A DNA stretch of 64,000 nucleotides. It comes from Rhizaria sp. SCN 62-66. Its lineage: Eukaryota. Below are positions 38,450-51,096 of this stretch, piece by piece (the first letter of the stretch is position 1; each line of letters starts with the position of its first letter). The notes beneath the pieces were generated by a model. That model had not been told where the DNA came from. It worked only from the letters and a program-made list of their open reading frames with translations, and did not search any database. The DNA lies in NCBI GenBank assembly GCA_001724265.1, contig MEDY01000087.1, positions 62,001 through 126,000 on the forward strand, written 5' to 3'. A program made the translations under genes and the position numbers.

Positions 38450-40799
38450 GTGGTTTAGTAGTACCTGCAGCTCGCTTGTAAGTACCCGCGCATACTTAGT
38501 CAGCACCCTCGCTCACAGTATAACTCGGAAGTTCACCTTACTCTCCAAGGAGTGACTCTTTGCGAAGGCTCGAAGTCTTTTCTTTAGATCTTGTTAGATA
38601 TTTATCACACTTTTTTAGTCAAACCTTTTATGTTGTGTTCTTCTACTCTTCAGTCATCCTGTTTTTTATCTTTTTCGTCAGAGTCCACTAACACGCCCGA
38701 CCGATAGTCCTCCACTCTCGCTATATCGTGTCCTCACTCAAGTCTCAGCCGTTGCCTACTTAAGACACCAAAATCGGCTTGCCACCGCTTTTGCTGTGTG
38801 ATTTGTGGTATGCGTTTCTCTCGAGTCAAGATGAGTGTGTTTGTTCTCAGTTCATAACTCATTCACGTTATGTGCTCACAGTTACTGTCTCGCCAGTGCT
38901 TGCGTGAAGTTCTCGTTGTTGTTGCTTGGCCCAACCTTGCGACAGTAACTGTGTGCACTTTACATAGAACGTGTTTGGGTGTGTTTCTTCTCGTTCATAA
39001 GTTCTTTATGCGCCTCGTCGTGTCCGTGTTCTCCAATGAGTGGTCATGCCTAAGTTAGGCCGCCCATGCGACGCACAACATGGCGAAGGTTCGCATGTTT
39101 CCCTTAGTTTTCAGCATTTCATTCGACAAAGCTAGGTGTTGTTTTTTTAGTTTTCATGTCACTCCTAGTCATTTTATTTGATAACATAACATAATACTAC
39201 ATAACCACATCACACTACATTACATTCACAGTATACTACAGACACCCCAGATAGCTACATACCCCGCGTGCTCAGTTTCGCACTCGCAAACACCCCCTTA
39301 CGCAAAAGAACACTCTTACATTATCACACGCACTCCTCATTGCACGATTAACACGGCTAAAGCACGACTAGTCTGTGTTTTTTTATCTCTGAGTCGTGTG
39401 GTCTGTTGTTTTTGCGTCGTGTCTTGTGACTGCGGCCGCCCCTTATTACCTCAGCAGCGTGCATTCTATAGCAAATTAGCAATTTAGCCTAGTGTCCACT
39501 TTGTCATACGCAAGTTGACGACACTGTCATAGTCATTCCTTCCTTCACCATCCCCTCGCCCCTGCACTTCATCGTCTCTCTCTCGTCCACTGTCTTCCTT
39601 CTCAATCACTCTCTTCCTTGTTCGTATTTTTTTCTCTCAACATCTCTCATCTCCAGCTTATTGTCACTCTCTCAATCGCGTCAAGTTTTGCGTATTCGTA
39701 TCTGTGCTTTTTGAGTTCATCTCGTGGCAATATCAGTCTCTCGGTTTATAGTTGCAGCGGCGCTATCAGAGACTTGCCCATAGTCACCTCAATCACCTTC
39801 TCAAACGAATCCCAACCCTTGCCGCTTCCAGTTAAGCTCTATTCAAACGCGTCTTCCCTCTTCCACACTGGTTTGGCACTGGTTTGCTTTCAAGTGTCTG
39901 CAAGTAATGCCAGTCTCTGTCACTGACTCGCGTTGTATCATTCTCTTTTCCCTCTCTCTCTCTCTCTTTTTCATCGTTTATTCTTAATCAAAGCAATCTT
40001 CGCTCCACACCTCATAGTCCAGCATTCCCGTCTCAGCTCGTTCACTGCCGTCCTCAAGTGCTTATCTTTGCTGGAACGGACTTGCCCATGTTGCTATGAA
40101 GTATGTGCGTCAAAGATGTTTCGGCTTTGTCTTCGTAAGTTTCGATAGTTTGGCCGCCGTCCCTCCCCTGCGCTGGGGGAGGCGTGCGGACCCAGGGCCC
40201 AGTTAGGCGGCCACTTACACGGTCCCGCTCGCACACTTACATCCTCGCGACGCGTGCTCGCGCACGCAACCCCCGCCAACACAGCAGCAACACCGCAGGT
40301 GTGCTTCATTGCTCGCGAGTGGGTGCCGTGTGGATGGCGAGTCGCGACGGCGTAGCGCTGGCCGCCACAGAGAGCCCTACGGGCGACGTTTCCGCATTGC
40401 ACCGCAACAGCTGCAACCTCACACAAATGACCAACTGACTTGCGAGCTGCTTTCTCTATCATCGCTGCACGGTCGGTCTGCTCGTGTGTGGTCAATCTTT
40501 GCTGCTTGTGTGCTTTTAACGTTAATGTTGGCCCCGATTTCACTTAGCATGCGTGTGTGTTCAATAGTATATGAGCAATTTATATATATATAGCTCATCA
40601 CCCGTCGATATCCTGTTCAGAACGTTCTTCAACGGCCTTTCAGAAGGAGATGGATAATACAAAGACGATTATGTATCCCCGAACCCAAAACCGAATGCAA
40701 AATTTGTTCGTCTTCCGTGACTTCGAAGACCGTGCCCGATTACCAACCCGACCACACTGAAAAAGATGTATCTTGACTCGCTTCACATCGCAGCCGCAC

Positions 40800-41635
40800 T
40801 CTCGCTCCACATTCCATCCCTTCTAAATGTAGTCGTCGCGCCCGACCTACAAGCGACGTGGTTCTAACGGCAAGACAAACACCTTAGTGTTGTGCTATGT
40901 CGATGACTGTGTCGCCCTTGCTCCTACAGCCACGGACGTCACCACGATCAAGAATGAGCTCAGCACCCGCTTCAAGGCCACTGATGGAGGCGACCTCAAG
41001 TTCGTACTGGGGCTTCAAGTCGAGCGCAACCGCGTGACGCGCGAGATCTTCCTCTTCCATCCCCTCCTCCACCTACACTGAGCTCATTGCAGCACACGTC
41101 ATGAGCGCTGCCAACGTGGCCACAACTCCTCTCGCCATGGGTACTGTTCTCATGCTTGATTCTGCGCACAAGGACGATCTCGACGGTGACGGTGGCGACG
41201 GGTACTCCAGGCTGGTTGGCAGCCTGGTGTACCACTCCGGCACGGTCCGCCCAGACCTTGCGTATCCAGCTGCATATCTCGGCCAATACCTCGCTAGGCT
41301 CGGCCACGCACACTGGGCGGCAGCAAAGCGCGTGCTGCGCTACCTCAAGGGCACGGCTGTCTATTGGCAGCGCCTCGGCGGCTTCAAGAGTGGCGGCAAA
41401 AACTGTGTCTATTCGGACTCAGATTGGGCCGGCGACCCTGTCCAACGTCGGTACACTACGTATTGTTCAGCTCAACGGAGCTCACATGTCCCATCGTCTA
41501 GAAGAGCTGCAAACAGATGTTCCCTGCGGAGTCAACGACGTAGGCTGAGATAGTTGCAGCATCTTTTACGACCAAGGATGAGCTCTCCATAAATGCTCTG
41601 GGTTCCTGGTGCGCGACCAATAGCTGAGGGGGGCA
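40800..41635 (+). mobile_element. Degenerate Ty1/copia LTR-retrotransposon relic (RT C-terminus and RNase H), frameshifted, with a candidate polypurine tract
   Basis: LVLCYVDD (RT catalytic motif), DGGDLKFVLGLQVER, YSRLVGSLVY..TVRPDLAY...HWAAAKRVLRYLKGT, YSDSDWAGD (RNase H) and KSCKQ....STT*AEIVAAS, spread over several frames. GAGGGGGG at ~41626-41633. No intact LTRs seen. Confidence 0.9.
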
Positions 41636-41773
41636 AGTTCAATAACACTCATAACGTCGATTCACAAGCCGTATTGCTGCGAAAAATTGACATTTTCACG
41701 AGTTTCGGCTCATTTCAACTACTCTTCTAATTTTGCTCGCTCCCGATCGGTGTTTTTACAGCTCAAACCCAAC

Positions 41774-43656
41774 ATGTCTGAGGCCGCCCTCAAGGTACGA
41801 ATTGACCAGCTAGGATCCGGTATATCTTTGTATGCAGGGCCTCCTACTAATTGTCACGGACACGCTCACTTTAAGCACCAGATAAAGAAGCTCATATCCT
41901 CACACTTCATTTTCTTTTTGTGTCTGTAGGCTGAGTGCAAGGTGCGTATCATACTCTAATCTCTCTCGTTTCCTCTCACCACACACGTTTTTTCTCGTTT
42001 AGTCGGACGCTGCAACCTGCGTGTAAAGCCGGACATCCAGCCCGACTAAACCGATGCAACTATTATATTAACTATGACAACCCTTTTTCAAATGGCTTCA
42101 CTGCGGGCTGGACCCTTTTGTGATCTTTCTTGCCTTTCAACTTCTTGTATCTGGCGAGCCTCCCTTCGTGGCTCCCGGACAGACCGACCCTCCTCAAGCA
42201 TCTTCCTCCAAGCGTCTCGCGACTCAATCCCATATCTGATATCAACTTCGTGTTAATCCCCTTTGCACTCGCAACAACTTAGAACGCGTTCGACTTCTAC
42301 GACAACGACAAGTCTGGCAACATCGACTCGGCGGAGTTCGCCCAGCTCTGCGCCGTCGTCGGCGTTAAGACGTCTGCTGACGAACTCAGCACTCTCTTCG
42401 CTTCGGTCAACACCAGTAAGTCCGGCCGCATCGACTTCAACGAGTTCTGGACCTGGTGGTCTTCGACCGACAAGGCTGCGACGGCGAAGATGGCCGATAT
42501 CCGCTCCCGTCTCCTCGTTGCCCGTGGCTCTTCGTTCCTGTCCAAGTCCTTCACCAACAAGGTCGCCAAGAACGCCTCCGAAGGCGCCACCAACTTCGTC
42601 ATCTTGAAGCCCGTCTCTGACGTCCAGATGGGCATCAGCTACCAGGTCGGCTCTGACTACTCGCCCCTGACCGACGCCCTCTCGGTGGCCCCCGACGCGC
42701 TCGGAGCCCTCGCCTTCGACTTCACCATCACCTCCGAGGACGCCGCGCCCTACGCCGAGGCGATGCTCAAGCTGGTCGGCTCCGTCTCCGCCACGAACAT
42801 CTCTGCCTGCAAGGGCTACGAGATCCTGCGCCCCGAGCCGGGCGTGATGCGCTTGGTTTTCTTCCTCGGCGAGAGTGACATGTTCGACATCATCCCCGCC
42901 TTCCCGGTCAAGGCCAACGCCGCCCTTAAGTTCGGCTGGAACCTCGGCACGATCGGCGAGAAGGAGTTCGACATCACCCTGGGCGAGCTGCTCAACGTCG
43001 AGCTCTCGGCCACGCTCGACACGCTGCCCTTCGACGCCACCGAGCTCCTGCCCGCCCTCATCGGCAAGATTAGCGAGATGGGGCTGCCCGTCGACGACTT
43101 TAACAACGCCCCCGGCGTTGCGGACGTCAACAGCGGCAAGTTCAACACCACGGTCGACTTCACCATGGCCATCACGAAGCTCTTCGAGAGTCTCGCCGAG
43201 ACTCTGCCCGTGCCCGTGTCGCTCGACAGCAACATCAGCGACACCGTGACGGAGCTCGCCCCCATGTTCCTCTTGTCCGGCGACCCGCGCTCGCGCCGCG
43301 CGGCGATGCAGAACATCTCTACCGCGGACCAGGCGATGGACGTGCTCAAGATGTTCATCACCCGCGACATCCGCACCATCAAGGGCGTCCACGCCGAGCT
43401 CAAGGGCAAGTACGGCATGTCCATCGACCTCCTCAACTTCTTCTCCCCCGACACCATCGCGGGCTTCATCAAGGGCGCCGTGGGCGTTGCCGCGAAGATT
43501 GCCAAGGACCTGCCGATGCCGACGGACGAGGAGATCGCCGAGTACGACGCGCAGCAGCTGCTCGAGCTCCAGGGCGGCGAGGGCGACGGTGAGGACGACG
43601 AGGTCATCGCCACTGAAGCTGCCGACGGCGATGACGAAGTCAACTACGAGGACTAA
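41774..43656 (+). CDS. EF-hand calcium-binding protein with an uncharacterised C-terminal domain and acidic tail, 468 aa, 3 exons (41774-41794, 41930-41941, 42283-43656)
   Basis: Spliced start reads MSEAALK-AECK-NAFDFYDNDKSGNIDSAEF (canonical EF loop), with a second loop NTSKSGRIDFNEF. Strong C/G-ending codon bias. Stop is TAA. Confidence 0.85.
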
Positions 43657-44287
43657 GGTAATTTCTCTCTGTTGATGGTTGTGATCCCCTGACTACCACG
43701 CCATCTAATCGTTAAAAAGATTAAAGTAGAACAAGTGACCAGTGATTTGAGAACTCCTCGATGACCTAAGAGAGTATAGATATTCCTTGAGTAGCATAAG
43801 TGCTGGCTCATGGTGAAGATTAGACTGTGAAAAATACATAACATAAGCATGATGACAATTAGAAGTGATATAACGCTCGAGTCCGAAGATAACAGAGATT
43901 AATAGTAATTGTGCCCAAGTGTGTGACCAGATAAGCCCGCCGGAATTGGATCCATGACCGTCAGACCCCACGTTGAATTAAAATGCATTTCAGGGCAAAG
44001 GTGCCGTAACCTGACATTTAATTTATGTCACCGTCTAAAATGCGTGACTTTTTATACAAATTCAATTACTATCCTCTTTCTTGTGCGCTTATGAAGACGT
44101 AAACGTGACTTTGAAAAACTCACCTCTTCTCATCGGCTTTGACGATCCGCCTAGTTGTTCTGCTAGCAGTTATCCATCTCTAGAGCAACGGGGATCAGTG
44201 TAGACCTGTGTTTGTGTCAACTTCATTTGTGATAATTGTTAGGCGACCCACTTTCCGGTCTTGGTCAGCTTTGACTGAGCTCGGCAG

Positions 44288-47200
44288 ATGCCGGTGGCCC
44301 CATGCAACACCGTGTCGTCCTCGTCTGACGCCCCCGCATCCGCTGCGGGACGCCACAGCTCCGCTACAACAAGTAGGGCGCCAGTGGTTGCGGTGCCCAG
44401 CAATGGCAACAATGCAAGCACAACTCCTGTTATTGCAACGACCTGGGGGAAGTATCCTTCAGTCGTACGCACATCTCCCGTTCCTATCACAGTACCTGCC
44501 CAGGTAGGCCTCCACGCGAATGTGAGGAATGGTTACGATCGTGGCCACGACCGTAACTACAACGATGACGAAGGCAGCAACCGTGAGCGCGGCCAGGACC
44601 TTGCCCGTGGAAGTGAAGGCACCGCAAGTTACAACAGTCCCTCGGCGCAGGGGACTGAACCCCCGCGCTCTCTACACATTGTTCGTGCATCTGAGCGCCG
44701 TAACGCTGAGCAGGCGGCGAACGGGCTGAGCTCTTTGACTACCAATGTTATGTCTCCCAACAGCAATGGCACACAGCGTGTCGGACAACCAGGGAAGTCC
44801 ATCATCACGGCTAAGGGGAAGACCATCATCACTACAAGCAAGGGCAATTTGACCCCCGCACCCTTAAGTGCGACTACAGCAGTCTCTACAGGATCGGTTC
44901 CTTCCGGTCGGATCATTACGACGCAACGCGATGCTGCAACAGGAGCTGCACCGATGTCACTCACGTTCTCTGGCGCGAACCATGGCATCACGTTGACATC
45001 CGCCGTCCTCAGTCAGTACAACGCATACGTGCCAATTGCATATCTTGGCGACCCTATGAGCAACAACAACGTCAGCGTTGTGAACACTCCCTTCGGCCCC
45101 ATTCACCTGCCGTTACAGCTGCCTCTTCAGTATCATGCACCGGTTGTTCCCGACGACCATGCTGTGACACCGCCTCTCGCCCCCGCTATCGCCGAGGTCA
45201 TGCACCGAGAGCTCGCTGCTCTTCGCAATGATCAGCCCGTATCAATATTGTATGACGAGTCGGATGCTCACCGGCCCAAGACAAATCATAACACTAGCAC
45301 AACAAAGCCCATGAGCTCGCCCTCGGCTGACCTGGCACCTCTCAAAAAGGTGAATGAAATGGTGGATGTGTCGCCTCAAAATGTCATCTCCGTATGTAAA
45401 TTGCAATTGCACTCTGCTTGACTTGTTTTTCCTAGACAGAAAAAAAAGCGCGTATTGACGCTTCAAACACTGTGAAATTGTGATGTTCGATTGAATATTT
45501 CGTTCGTGGATCGGATGAGTACCGTACCTCCATTTGATCGTCGAAATGTAACGCCCACCGCGTCCTCTTGTTTTCACCGATACGCTATCAGTGTGCTGAT
45601 CTCTTGACTCACTCATATGTCTCACTCTGTCTTGGAACAATCTCTCTTGTTTTGCTTTTTCGCTTTTGTTATGCCTTGTGTTGCGTCGCTCTTTGATAGT
45701 CCAACAAGTTGAACATTGACGACTCACATGCAAAGCCCACTGTGTCTGGGATGTCCGCGCTTAAAGAGGCGACCGTCGCTGACTCAGTCAAAGCTGATCC
45801 CTCTAAGGCAGTGATGAGCGAAGAAGAGCGTCTGGCGCTGAAGGCTGCTAAGAAGAATGCCCGCAAGGAACAGAAGCTTCGTGAGAGTCTCGCCAGCGCT
45901 GATGCGGAGAAGGATGCTGCGGAGCGCGCTATTGCCGAACGCGAGCAGAAAATCGTTGCCAATGCGATTACTCCGTTTCTAGCTACGCTCCCTCCACGCC
46001 ATGAGGCCGCCGGCGACGCCACAGCCGCTTAGCCAGTAGTCGACGTGGCAGTAAGCAACGTAAGTACGGTGTCTGCTAGTCTAGAGAACGCAGCTCCTGT
46101 TCAAAACGCGCCTACCGACGAAGTATCGCAGGTCCCCTCCTCTGAAGCCGCGTCAGCTCCGATCATGTCTCACCCGGTCGTTCAGGTGGGTATACAGTCT
46201 ATCCCCGCTCAGTCTGCACAGTCCGTCCCCACCCGCGCCCCCCCTCTGTCCATCGCTGTTCCCTCAGCGTCAGCCTCAGTCCCCATGACCGATGGCCCTG
46301 CTCTCCGGAACCCAGACCAGTATCGATCCTCTCTATTTGGGACTAACACAACGACTCCTCGTCCTATCAGTGGTCCTGGACACATGTCTGGGCCTGGGCT
46401 TGGGTTTGCAGGTGACCACCGCCGAGACTCTTTGCACCGCCCCCCACAGTCATATCAGCAACAACAGCGTGGTGATCCTCGTGCTGAACGTGACCCTCGC
46501 GACTACTCCGAAGGTCGTAGCTCCCTTGATCGCCGTCCAGACTCTCGCAACTATGGCGACCTCCGTGACTACAGGAACCGTGAAAGGTATGAGAAGGATC
46601 GTGACTGGTACGAGAAGGGTCGTGACTGGTACGAGAAGGACCGCCGTGATCGTGAGCGGTATGAAAGGGAGCTGCGCGAACGGGAGCAATGGGAGAAAGA
46701 GCATCGGCTGGAGCGGGAGAGGCAATTGGCGTGGCAAAATCGTGACCATCGCGTTGCTTATGACCGGGACCGGGATCGGGACCGCGACCAGCGTGACAGG
46801 GACAGGGATTTGAGTCGTTATCAGGCTGAATATGAAGCAACCGATCGTCCCCGTTCTCAGCAGCTTGAAACCTCCCCTTATCCTCGTCAGAACATCAACA
46901 ACACCCCCAGCAGTGACAGTGAAGTGGCACCCTCCAATCCACAAGCTGCAGTTAATCTTGCGACTCGAACCTTTTCGTCCGCAACTGGTAACTCAGGACC
47001 TGGACTTGCAGCGCAACCAACTGCCGCCGCACCCCAGAGTACCGCAGATATCTTTCCCACTGCTGCATCTTACGCTCTTGGTCCCATCGGTCGACGTCCG
47101 CCCGCTCTTGCCACTCTCTCGACTCAAGTTGCGACTGGGAGAGTAGGGAGTCCTATCGACATCGATGACGACGATGATGATGGTGATATGCCTCCTCCGC

Positions 47201-50200
47201 TTGAGACTCTTCGTGGTGAGATTGTTCCGGCTACCGTTGTCTCAGCTCAAGGTGAAATCGCTTCCTTGAACGCTACATTCACGGCCAATGCGGCACTTCG
47301 ACGTATCCCCCGCAAATCATCGTCGGATGCATCATCAAAACCTGGAGACACAGAGGTGCTTCGACCAACGTCTATGGGGGTTGGTCCTCGGTACTCACTC
47401 CAGTCTGGGGACTCGGTTGACACTGCTTCCTCTGGGGCCGTCGTTGACCGTGCTTCAAGCCGGACAATGACCCCATCGAGCTCCGCGCGTGGGTCACCCC
47501 ACTTACAACCCGCACGCCACTTGCCGTCGACTTTGGAAAACATTCTCGGCCGGATCCAGGACATTGCGAGCGACGACGATGAAGCCACCGTTGTGCCCAT
47601 TTTTGACACTGCTGTAACCCCTCACGATGAGGCCCTGGCGATTGCGACCAGGGAGGCTAAGATCGCAGAGCGTGAAGCACTATTTCCCGACGAAGTTGCC
47701 CGCGCAGACCCGGAGGTTATAGCATTTGCGTTGACTCGGCGCCCCGCAGTGACTGAGGAGCAGGTTGCTGCTCTGCCGGAGAACGATATCATGCGCCGGC
47801 TCCTGACTGCGGTTGCAGATGTTGAACGTGCAGTAGAGGCACGGTTTGACCGCTACTTGCGCGAGATGATTGTAGTTCACATTCCTGAGCTTCGCAACCG
47901 CGATCACCGGACTTTGACTTTGGAGGAAGTTGAGTCGCATGGATCGTTTTTACTCCGGCAACCCCGCCCCGTGAAACCAGACAGTGAAAAATGCCCGCTA
48001 TTATTGACGCCAGGATTCATGATGTCGCAGCAGCTGGCCGAACTCGGTATCGATGCATTACGTGCCAGGCACGTTGCCCACATCGCGCCACTCCACAACT
48101 ACACTCAACACACGTTCGCCTTCACACTCTTATTCGTTTCATCTCTCAATTTCGCAAACTGTGACGCGGATCTGGATGCCAAGCTGTCTTTAGCTCGCAA
48201 TCAAGTTCAGTATGCCCGTCGTATGGCCCTCGCAGGGAATCCGCTTAATCTCGAGCTACCCCCAGTTGAGCCGCCGCTAGATGCTGGTTACGAACGCGCA
48301 CGTGTGCGCAAAGGTGTTGCTGGCATCCTCGACTGGTCCAAGGTGGAACGCTCTATGGTTCCGCAGCTCGTGCGTCTGACGAGTTCAGAGAAGGAGCTTG
48401 CCTTAAGCCTCATCGCCAACACAAATGCAAGGAGTCAGCCGCAGCGCACTTCTAAGCGCACGAGGGCGCCTCTCAGCGACTTCTCGTTACCTGTTGTAGC
48501 TCACACAACAGATCGTAGCGCTGTGCGGTCAGTGCGCATGTCCCAACCCTTGCCGAACATTTTTGCCTATGCCAACGATACATCGATTGTTGGTGAGCTT
48601 TTGCGCACCCTGTGTGCCGAAGTGACGGATATTATGGCTGACTCATACGAAGCCACGACTCAGGCAAGGCCGACTGCGCACGAGCTTGCGCACCTGCTTG
48701 ATGGAACTCTCGGTGGGCGTTTTGCGGCTGTCGCGTCAGTGGCACCCCCGCTAGAACCAACCACTCGCGATCGCGCGATCGCAATTGAAGCATTGGTGGC
48801 GGACGGCAAGATCAACTCTGAAGTGCTGCTCGCCATTGCCACATCACCGCTTGATGAAGTTGAGGCGCGGCATGTTGACCGCTGCATCGCCGTCGACCCG
48901 ACGATACTCCCCGGTCAGCCGGTCGCATTGACGGCATACACATTGGCTAAATCCATTTGGCCAGAGCAGGGTATGGATGCGACGCGTGTGTTACCTACCC
49001 CATGGTATGTGCAACCAGACTTTGTGATGCAAATCCGTCGTGCAGGTGCACGCATTCGAGCGCAGCATGCGCGATTGAATGCTCTCAGTACAGGTAGTAC
49101 CATGCAAGAAGCGGAAGAGGCAGCACGTAACGCTGCATTGACCAAGGGCGAGAACCTCAGCCCAGGACTTGTGCTGCAGCTCGTCAAGGAGGGGGCTGCA
49201 GTCGTGAAGCAAGGCGCCTATTTAGCTGCGTTGGCGAATTCAACATCGAGCTCAGACAAGTACTTCGCTCGCAGGTATATTCAGTCCCTTGAGTACATGC
49301 AGAGCCAGAAGGACATCGCGAATGCGATCAAGCTCGGGGCCTATGCCTCCGCTACAAAGGCCAAGACCACTACTAATACTGATGCTGCGACTGTTCGTAC
49401 CACTGCGGTAAGGACTGAATCAAGTAAGTCTGTCTCGGCAACGCGTATCGTCTCATCGGTCGCCTCTCAACCGGTGAAACGACTGCCCGTCGTTCCTGTT
49501 TTGACAAATTCCTCGGTGAGCGAAACTTTGTCGTCTGCAGACAAAGCAACGCGCATCAGCGCAAGTTCGAGTGCTAGCAAGGCGGAGAAGAAGGACAATA
49601 AAGACAAGAAGGACAAGCGCGAGAAACGCCCCCACGAAAGTGGCAGTCGTGAGCCCAGCCGTGACCGCGGCCCTGACCGTGATATGGACCGTAGTAGCAG
49701 TTCGCGTCATAGGACTCCTAACAGCGACACTCCGCATGTTCATAACAGGAGGCCGGCAACACCAACTAAAACCGCAAACATGACCGATGGTGACCGTGAC
49801 ACTGACGATGTTCAGCTCCCATTACCTGAGACGCACTCAAAGGAAACCACCGTGATGAGCGATGCGAGCACAAGCAAGAGCAAGGAAGTGGGGGCAGTTC
49901 GTGATGCTGTCGCGAGTGTTGCAATGACAGCAGCTGGAGCAAAGCTGACTGCGTCGACGGACAGCATCACCAACGGCAACGAGAGTGGGCACGCGAGCGG
50001 CACTAAAACTGCTGCATCCTCAACTCATGCCGCAAAACCGGTCGCACACTTAAAGATTTTGACCAATGTCAAGTCGGTGTCGTCTCCTGCAGCGAGTCCA
50101 ACTGCGCCTGCTTCAGCGAAACATGCCAAAGTAGGAGCCCTAACCTCACAACCGCCGCTTGAGTGTCGTTATCGTTGCTCAACGTGCACAGCTGAGACCA

Positions 50201-51096
50201 GAGAGGTGAGCAAGACTGTACCACGCTGCTGTGAGATCTGTCGCGGCCGCAATCTCACACCTATCATCGGCAATCAGTCTCCAGTTGCTTAGACGGTGAC
50301 ATCTGCAGCACAGCAACAACACGTCAAGAGCAACAAGAAAACGACATCCCTGTCGACCACATCGTCATCTGCATCGGTCTCAGGGCGCGTTCCACCAAGC
50401 AGCAGTCCCACTCTTTATCAGCGCCTTGTCGAATCCAGCAAGATCAGCAACGTGAATGCGGCAAGCACTCATGTCCCATGGACACCTAGTGTTCGTTGCG
50501 GCGGCGGCAGCGACGGGAATACGAGCACGCAAGCTGTTGACATCGGCAGCAGGGATATTAGCAATGAGGACCTTGCCGCTGCAATCTCAGGTTCAAGCTC
50601 CAACGATACTTCTGTCGCCCCAGTCTCTACGAATGTTCATATTAGCGGCGCTGTGGGAGCAACTGCTTCGGTCGAGAAGGTCACTGACTTTTCATTCCAG
50701 GCCAAGGAGGAGCCCGTCTTCACAAGTGTGCCTAACAAGCTTGCTGGAACTGTCGTGTCCGGCGCGTCTAAGTCCTTCACTGCCTTCTCTACTCTGCCAC
50801 CGCCGCCGCCATCGCGTCCCCTGCAGCAGCAACAGCAACAGCAGCCGGTGCGTAAGCCTGTTGTGCTGTTGCCGATGCAGTCTCCGTACGAGGCGCTAAC
50901 TGGTGCGGTGACGGTGGAACTTAGCAATGACGATGACAATGGTAACAACGACATGATGATGACACAAAATGATCTCTTTGGTCCTGCGTCCCTGCCTGTT
51001 GCATCGTCTGACTCCTTCGCTCTTCTATCTCCAGATGGAGGCTGTACAGCTGCTCCGCCCAGTGATCAGGCAACCTCTTCTGCTATGTCTAATTAA
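44288..51096 (+). CDS. Large uncharacterised protein (~2166 aa) with an RD/RE-rich tract and a CxxC-CxxC zinc ribbon, 2 exons (44288-45391, 45700-51096), two in-frame TAGs (46030, 50290)
   Basis: Donor GTATGT at 45392 and acceptor TGATAG| at 45699. ORFs 45709..46032, 46045..50292 and 50296..51096 share one frame and are separated only by single TAG codons. Final stop is TAA. The 5' start is uncertain because CAG|ATG could be an acceptor. Confidence 0.75.

Noticed and set aside
40150-40230. Calling a bona fide HDV-like ribozyme
   Set aside because: The stem order is suggestive, but the P3/L3, P1.1 and catalytic J4/2 consensus nucleotides are not matched.
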